In this document: positions 59,501-64,000 of the stretch, piece after piece | How positions within the stretch are numbered: position 1 is the stretch's first letter | Layout of the letters: each line of letters starts with the position of its first letter | Origin: an uncultured Pseudomonadales bacterium | GTDB taxonomy: Bacteria; Patescibacteriota; Microgenomatia; UBA1400; PJMF01 | Reading direction: 5' to 3' | DNA length: 64,000 bases | Assembly (NCBI GenBank): GCA_964457085.1 | Contig: CAYWDM010000004.1 | Coordinates: 8,131 to 72,130 of the forward strand | Notes under the pieces: generated by a model | What the model was told of the DNA's origin: nothing | What the model saw: the letters and a program-made list of their open reading frames with translations, nothing else | The model's database searches: none | Translations under genes and position numbers: made by a program

Positions 59501-59781
59501 ACGAGCGTGCAGACATGCCAACTCTACTGGCAGAACCAACATATGCCGACCCAGGAGTAGCAGATGCAACTATTGAGCAGACATTGGAAGATACTATAAC
59601 TGCAAAAAGGAGCGCCCTCTCCAAACAACTTGGACTACCAGTTCTAGGAAATACTGATGCCAAATCAGGTGGCTATATGACAACAATCGCCGGCAGTCAC
59701 AACCCAAATGGTCACTATAATGACCTTGCATTTGGCTTACGTGGTGACAATGGTGAGAAATACGAAATTTCGCTTAAATAA
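56509..59781 (+). CDS. large orphan protein (1090 aa), no recognisable domain
   Basis: Single uninterrupted ORF with protein-like composition, no TM or signal peptide and no motif I can assign; bounded by repeat copies B and C. Confidence 0.6.
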   Translation: MIADTTHDVLLDMALSEQILHSKQQVKQYAVGGISQLSQIIDAGGHLDTTRPDKLSQIAAETKQFISEYLENESLPVSMRSEVLCVLKTLLTIPAPADQVAYLQRIRPLLEEAAGNEVLSNRKKEAENIKVHEAITGLENSGQNSEYCMIPLMNFLSDTKRQKQIEPFVTDSLDTCLEKEHATAAAIFLAIPENQVGRDKEVAQLLETIKKNKKRAEDLRLSPWWTYAALVFFADERNRNLDSALFSDTVDSIDETCERKQLDEKLSEHICAFLVQNTNMEQFSRWFDAVIQTSSAYWVVPNNFFNHPDAWNGNEQIAIELRKKAIAGNQWGVLIQQCTNPKVPKPGTVAGEEQYESNIMDEIVRDEIRGRHGNVNDAVILRYMAHPEHHVDIYDQDTVNQTIAANLEGGTDTDYMAVVDFFNESNVQNFSSATTDMANKVVNRISDHMLRAKSLGLLRTYLTDETLPTTLLESVPADLVITVVAFKLLGVDENVVRSWQLDEENITSLLPSLIHLAEMPANRNMFADIALPFVPRTRESGRKVLVEKITQWLNKLDFLNKVPKELGGKELVEDHLENIKTLQKEHAISDATNTIDLTVLRKFQTELQSMGGQLVEKLTQLIRLKEGISYAQVEQFIKDWNGDISCVIILSAHYSTSYDDGLTYLGQKITEIIEGQAESNRYDLSNQLTKQQLQPLLRNPEVIEQEKAIAVWKDPAYSLKIESSQVKKAAVSDYDLTQKVSAELRQRVTTQGHFHAEKLQELIVGSTSVEQAQKITQLITACVQINTEQPKNLIGQVVQELKQSSLSKERQTLIMGLAQLLREISLGRESASNLANTAQKLVAKITNEWPELAEIDLINQDLKVYVTNEFDAADKESAQVSRAELFVCYTTDNPKTLLEIGRYPNSGSCQNYESTGSYNTGLPGYVFDAHIQAACISSVTLPDVLQNNPEALTNASLSDVDLNLGTAQLRLESGKTFAVKISKPIARKMILLASSTNNERADMPTLLAEPTYADPGVADATIEQTLEDTITAKRSALSKQLGLPVLGNTDAKSGGYMTTIAGSHNPNGHYNDLAFGLRGDNGEKYEISLK

Positions 59782-59842
59782 GAATCCACGGCTACTCTTA
59801 CCTCCATACAAGGCACAGTTGTGTTTCATCTGCTATTCCCTA

Positions 59843-60292
59843 CTATGTCTGTGGAGCAGGTGCCAATATTGCCTTAAAATGAATTGTCAGCACCTCAATT
59901 AACTCATCTACCGTAGACACTTTATCCTCAGCAACCAACAACGTCAAATCAGATGATATTTCTTCGGTGAAAACATAGCCATTATTAAGCAAAAAAGTGC
60001 CCATCAGAATGACTGACATTCTTTTGTTACCATTAAAGAAAGCCTGTCCTTGAGCAATTAGTACGTAATAACAAACTGCAGTCTGGATGCAATCATATGA
60101 CAGCATCTCTGATCTATTGCGAACAGATCCAAGAATAGATTCAAGCGTGCCTTGATACCGAGAAGTAAATGGAGGGAGGGGCTCAACTTCTGAAGTTTGA
60201 AGCTGCAGAAACTTTCTGAATCTCTCGTAGATACTCTCGCACTCTTGGATATTTAACCATGTCCACTGACTTTTGAATTTCACCTCTGTCAT
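59843..60292 (-). CDS. Doc/Fic-family (death-on-curing-like) protein with non-canonical Fic motif (Q instead of H)
   Basis: VLIAQGQAFFNGNKRMSVILMGTFLLNNG aligns with the Doc core IAKNHPFVDGNKRTALAAALVFLYLNG, but the catalytic His of HxFx(D/N)GNKR is replaced by Gln. Confidence 0.65.
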   Translation of the reverse strand: MTEVKFKSQWTWLNIQECESIYERFRKFLQLQTSEVEPLPPFTSRYQGTLESILGSVRNRSEMLSYDCIQTAVCYYVLIAQGQAFFNGNKRMSVILMGTFLLNNGYVFTEEISSDLTLLVAEDKVSTVDELIEVLTIHFKAILAPAPQT

Positions 60293-60431
60293 ATGAGTCT
60301 AATTCCAGCAATGTTTTGGCGTGTTTAGTCATCACAGCATCGGCATTACATTCGATATTACTTCGCTTGTGGACTGTGAATAGATTTCGAAGAATAGTTA
60401 GTAATTTTTTCATTATTTTCAATAGTTCCAA
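60183..60431 (-). CDS. small ORF upstream of / overlapping the Doc-like gene (possible antitoxin)
   Basis: 82-aa ORF whose last ~36 codons overlap the Doc-like start in another frame; basic alpha-helical N-terminus. Assigned by position only. Confidence 0.25.
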   Translation of the reverse strand: MELLKIMKKLLTILRNLFTVHKRSNIECNADAVMTKHAKTLLELDSYDRGEIQKSVDMVKYPRVREYLREIQKVSAASNFRS

Positions 60432-60863
60432 AGTGTGGTTGGAACTTTATTTTTTAGTATAGCTGTTTAACCAACATCTATACAACTCATATTGAGTTTG
60501 TTGGTGAATATGTGCTGTTTATTATATCAAAAGCAATCATTTTAATTAAAAATACAATAAATTTCATGGAAGGAAAGAGAGGCGCCTGCGGTGCATTAGG
60601 CAGGTGTTTTGTAGTTCCACACCCAACCAATAAAATAAATTCACTCGCCGGCAGGACTCTTCAATGGCTTCACCTCAACCTCGCCATCAGTTCTGCCCTC
60701 CTGCTCCGCTACGCGAAGCGAGCGGTTAGAGCGGAAGGAGAGGGACTTACCTTTCCAGGCTCAAATTTTAAATATTAGATTGGTATTCGCTTGGTGAGGT
60801 ACCATGCTTTCTCGTCCATTTCATACTGTTTTCCAACACCTGCTCCGCAGGATTGAAAAACAG

Positions 60864-60956
60864 TGCGGAGCATGTGGGTCTGGAACCCTGTGTCACTATA
60901 ACACCATGCTTCGACTAGGGGTAATTGTACACAAAGTGAGACAAATGAGACAGCAC
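60864..60956 (+). repeat. copy C of the ~93-nt direct repeat
   Basis: Seen in sequence; 40 nt beyond the stop of the P-type ATPase gene. Preceded by an inverted copy of its own first 13 nt (cacctgctccgca ... tgcggagcatgtg). Confidence 0.85.
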
Positions 60957-60996
60957 ATTGAGCTGTTTCTGTAAATAGTTTTAGTGATATCCTGTT

Positions 60997-63705
60997 TTAG
61001 GATCGACGAATACGGGCAAGTGCTAACTTAACCAGCTCTGCCGTGACAAAAATCAAACTAGAAATAAGCAGCAATGAAGTAAACTCAGACATGCTTAAAG
61101 AACCAAACTTCAGTGAAGATTGCAGGGGAGGAAACCACAACGCAGACAACAATAATCCAAATGAAACTACAAATGCCGCAACTACTGGTTTGTTACTAAA
61201 GAAACCTAAAGTGATAACTGATTTTTTCAAGGACCGTAGACTTAGCATATTTAACAACTGACTGCATGAAAGTATCACAAATAAGGCTGCTTGTGCCTTT
61301 CCTACCCCAACCGGCAAGAAGTAATGGAATACACTCAATCCTAAAACAGTTGTCACCAAAGTGACTATTCCAATCAGTGGTAAAACTTTAAAATTTAAGA
61401 TGTTTTCTGCTGGCGAACGAGGAGGATGCTTCATCGACTCATCTCGAGAAGGTTCTAAAGATAATGCGAAGTCGGTTATTCCACCTGTGATCACGTTCAA
61501 CCACAAGATTTGTAGTGGTAATAAAGGCAATGGGTAACCCAACAACAATGCCATTAATAAAGTCACGCTTTCAGACACATTGGTCATAATTAAGAAAAAA
61601 CTGGTACGACGCAAATTATTAAATTGAGTGCGTCCTTCTTTAACCGCCGCTACAATTGATGCAAAATTATCATCTGCTAAAACGATTTTGCTCGCCTCAC
61701 GCGCTACCTCAGTACCACTGATGCCCATCGAGATTCCGACATCTGCTTTTTTAAGTGCTGGCGCATCATTCACCCCGTCTCCCGTCATTGCCACTACTGC
61801 CCCACCAGCTTGAAAAACTCCAGCTACTTTCATTTTCATTTCGGGAGTTAGCCGTGCCAATATTTGAGCCTGAGACAATACTAACGTCAGCTCTTGATCG
61901 CTTTTATTTTCAAGATCGCTCTGTGTTGCTACCAATCCAGCATCGTAGTCGGCTGTTACTAAACCAATCTCTTTTGCGATTGCCAAAGCGGTTTGAGGGT
62001 GATCTCCGGTTGCCATCACAATTCTAATCCCTGCTTGTTTAGCTTCTTGTAAAGCATCACTTACTTCCGGTCGAGGAGGATCATATAAACCTACCAAACC
62101 CACGAACACGCCGTTCTCAGTGGGCACGGTGTCTGAGGACAATGACACAGCAGTTTTCACTGGAAAACTTGCCAGGGCAACCACGCGAAGTCCAGATTTG
62201 GACAATGTAGTTATCTGTGCCTCAAACATGGCTTTTTCTGAGGCATCTATTTCTCGCTGAGTAGTGCCAAACTGTGCTTGTGAACAACGATCTAACACAC
62301 CTTCAGGAGCACCTAGTATAAATATCTCCTTATACTGAGATGTTTGAACCAATGATGCTCTCAATCGCAGCTGTTGCTGGAAAGGCAGATTATCAAGCAC
62401 TGTTGGCTGATGTATTGGCTCTAAAGCGTGAAATCCAGCCTTATGAGCTAATAGAAACAGAGCTTTTTCAGTCGGATCACCATAGATGGTAGAGAAAGCA
62501 ATTTTCTCCTGATCTGAAACTCTTATTTGGTGACAAACACCAGCGATAGCTATCAACTTATTCAGGTGAAAATTATCATGCAGAAGCAAAGGCTCTGTTT
62601 GCTGATTAAAAGCCGCTTCCTCACTAGAGTTGAGCGAACTAACATCAATTAATGGCTGTCCCGGCAGGTAAATTGTGCGTGCTGACATTATGTTTTGCGT
62701 CAGTGTGCCTGTTTTATCGGTTACAATTATCGACACAACACCCAATGTTTCAGTCGCAGATAATTTACGCACAATGGCATTTTTTCTAGCCATACGCTGC
62801 GCCCCCACCGTCAGCACAATAACTAGAATAATTGGCAACCCTTCTGGAAGAGCTGACACTAATGTTGCAATTGTGTAAATACTAATCTCAGCAAATGAAA
62901 AATTTCTTAGGAAAAACCCCACAAAAAAGGTGATTATGGCACTCACAATCGCAATTGTGCCCATCTGTCGTGACAGCATAGTAATTTTTTGAGAAAAATG
63001 TTCTTGGCCTATTTCAACCGTTTCCAAACTCACTGCAATTCTTCCAAATTGGGTCTCAGCACCGATTGAAGTAATAACCGCTTCAACTGTTCCTTGTGTC
63101 AGCGTCGTTCCCATCCACAGCCTATTAAAGCGCTCAGACAAAACGGCCTGTTCATCTACCAAACCCATTTTCTTTTCTACAGGCTCAGATTCACCAGTCA
63201 GCGTTGCTTCATTGATATAACAATTCCTAGCAGTCATCACATATGCATCAGCAGGAACTTTATCGCCTGCCTGCAGGAGAATGACATCCCCAATAGTTAC
63301 TTGCTCTTGAGTGATTTCAATCGTTTGACTGTTTCGCCGCACCAAAACCCTACTAACCAGCAATTGCTTGAGCGCAGCTACTGATTGCTCAGCTCGGTAT
63401 TCTTGTAGAAACCCCATAATGCCGTTAATAAGTACCATGCCGGCAATCAAAATAGTGTCCAACAAGTGTCCAAATAAAAATGACAAAAGTGCTGCAATAC
63501 TCATTAACACCACCATGGCATTAGCAAATTGTGATAAAAACAACCTCACTACTCGCAATTTCTTACTTTCTGGTAATCGATTGAGACCATGTGCGGCTTG
63601 ACGTTTTTCAACCTCAGCTGTCGTCAAACCGTCCTCAGATGTTTCTAAAAAATCGCAAACCTCAGAATTGGAAAGGTGATGTGCTATTAAAAGTGATTTC
63701 ACCAT
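60997..63705 (-). CDS. P-type cation-transporting ATPase (type II, Ca2+/Mg2+-like)
   Basis: DKTGTLT phosphorylation site, TGDGVNDAPALKKADVG hinge, TGES actuator box, 10 TM helices, 902 aa. Confidence 0.9.
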   Translation of the reverse strand: MVKSLLIAHHLSNSEVCDFLETSEDGLTTAEVEKRQAAHGLNRLPESKKLRVVRLFLSQFANAMVVLMSIAALLSFLFGHLLDTILIAGMVLINGIMGFLQEYRAEQSVAALKQLLVSRVLVRRNSQTIEITQEQVTIGDVILLQAGDKVPADAYVMTARNCYINEATLTGESEPVEKKMGLVDEQAVLSERFNRLWMGTTLTQGTVEAVITSIGAETQFGRIAVSLETVEIGQEHFSQKITMLSRQMGTIAIVSAIITFFVGFFLRNFSFAEISIYTIATLVSALPEGLPIILVIVLTVGAQRMARKNAIVRKLSATETLGVVSIIVTDKTGTLTQNIMSARTIYLPGQPLIDVSSLNSSEEAAFNQQTEPLLLHDNFHLNKLIAIAGVCHQIRVSDQEKIAFSTIYGDPTEKALFLLAHKAGFHALEPIHQPTVLDNLPFQQQLRLRASLVQTSQYKEIFILGAPEGVLDRCSQAQFGTTQREIDASEKAMFEAQITTLSKSGLRVVALASFPVKTAVSLSSDTVPTENGVFVGLVGLYDPPRPEVSDALQEAKQAGIRIVMATGDHPQTALAIAKEIGLVTADYDAGLVATQSDLENKSDQELTLVLSQAQILARLTPEMKMKVAGVFQAGGAVVAMTGDGVNDAPALKKADVGISMGISGTEVAREASKIVLADDNFASIVAAVKEGRTQFNNLRRTSFFLIMTNVSESVTLLMALLLGYPLPLLPLQILWLNVITGGITDFALSLEPSRDESMKHPPRSPAENILNFKVLPLIGIVTLVTTVLGLSVFHYFLPVGVGKAQAALFVILSCSQLLNMLSLRSLKKSVITLGFFSNKPVVAAFVVSFGLLLSALWFPPLQSSLKFGSLSMSEFTSLLLISSLIFVTAELVKLALARIRRS

Positions 63706-63821
63706 AAAAAATGTGTCTCTGTCAGGAAATTGAATTTATCAAATAAAATACATTTTAGAGGTTGGAATACAGTTTGAGGAGTACAAGTCTAAACTGTGCC
63801 AAAAATAAGGTATCATGAGAT

Positions 63822-64000
63822 ATGCTCACTTTATTTCTAATTTTAGCGAGCCTATTTGGACTGGTAAAATCTGCAGATATTTTTGTTGAACAGGCATCTG
63901 CACTTGCGAAACGATTTAAAATCAGTGATTTCATCATAGGTTTTACTATTGTTGCATTTGGAACTTCTTTACCCGAGCTAATCTCCACCATTTTTTCGGC
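63822..64000 (+). CDS. Ca2+/Na+ antiporter (CaCA family), N-terminal fragment; runs off the window
   Basis: MLTLFLILASLFGLVKSADIF...GFTIVAFGTSLPELISTIFS contains the alpha-1 repeat GTSLPEL of CaCA exchangers. Confidence 0.7.
   Translation, partial: MLTLFLILASLFGLVKSADIFVEQASALAKRFKISDFIIGFTIVAFGTSLPELISTIFS

Noticed and set aside
54099-60956. Interpretation of the three 93-nt repeats as integron attC sites (cassette array)
   Set aside because: No R''/R' core sites (RYYYAAC ... GTTRRRY) or the characteristic bulged-hairpin symmetry across the whole element. Cargo genes are on both strands and up to 4.5 kb. No intI nearby in the window.
1-64000. CRISPR arrays, rRNA or tRNA genes, transposases/integrases
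   Set aside because: No short regularly spaced direct repeats, no rRNA-like conserved stretches, no tRNA cloverleaf candidates in intergenic regions, and no transposase/integrase/recombinase motifs were seen by eye. A tRNAscan/cmscan run would be needed to be definitive.

Overview
AT-rich bacterial chromosomal segment read in the standard genetic code, densely packed and arranged in long co-directional gene blocks. Core housekeeping genes are recognisable by motif: fbaB, dnaX, ybeY, ybaB, rdgB, gltX, aspS, metG, tatD, rmuC, dnaG, trxA/trxB, gdh, glmS, maf, tag and a partial glgP. The aaRS architectures (AspRS without a GAD insertion, short MetRS) and the many membrane-anchored hydrolases suggest a reduced-genome, surface-attached lifestyle, possibly CPR/Patescibacteria-like. 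This lineage assignment is inference only. A cell-envelope glycoconjugate cluster sits at 18.6-24.3 kb (CesA-like processive GT2, GT-C, WecA-like phosphotransferase, UbiA/DPPRT-like prenyltransferase). A sugar-nucleotide block, a BlaI-type repressor next to an FMN-binding protein/ApbE pair, a GH27 alpha-galactosidase and a eukaryote-like pyrimidine 5'-nucleotidase are also present. The most unusual part is 53.9-61.0 kb. There a ~93-nt, hairpin-containing repeat occurs three times in direct orientation, partitioning an accessory segment. That segment carries a ferritin-like DUF2202 protein, a secreted coiled-coil protein, a 1090-aa orphan protein and a Doc/Fic-like toxin whose catalytic His is replaced by Gln. 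The segment is adjacent to a Ca-type P-type ATPase and a Na/Ca exchanger. Candidate RNA and regulatory elements are: a possible glmS ribozyme in the glmS leader, a perfect TACA/TGTA operator before the blaI-like gene, a promoter-plus-terminator small transcription unit beside aspS, several intrinsic terminators, and a frameshifted LmbE-type deacetylase. No rRNA, tRNA or CRISPR array was found.
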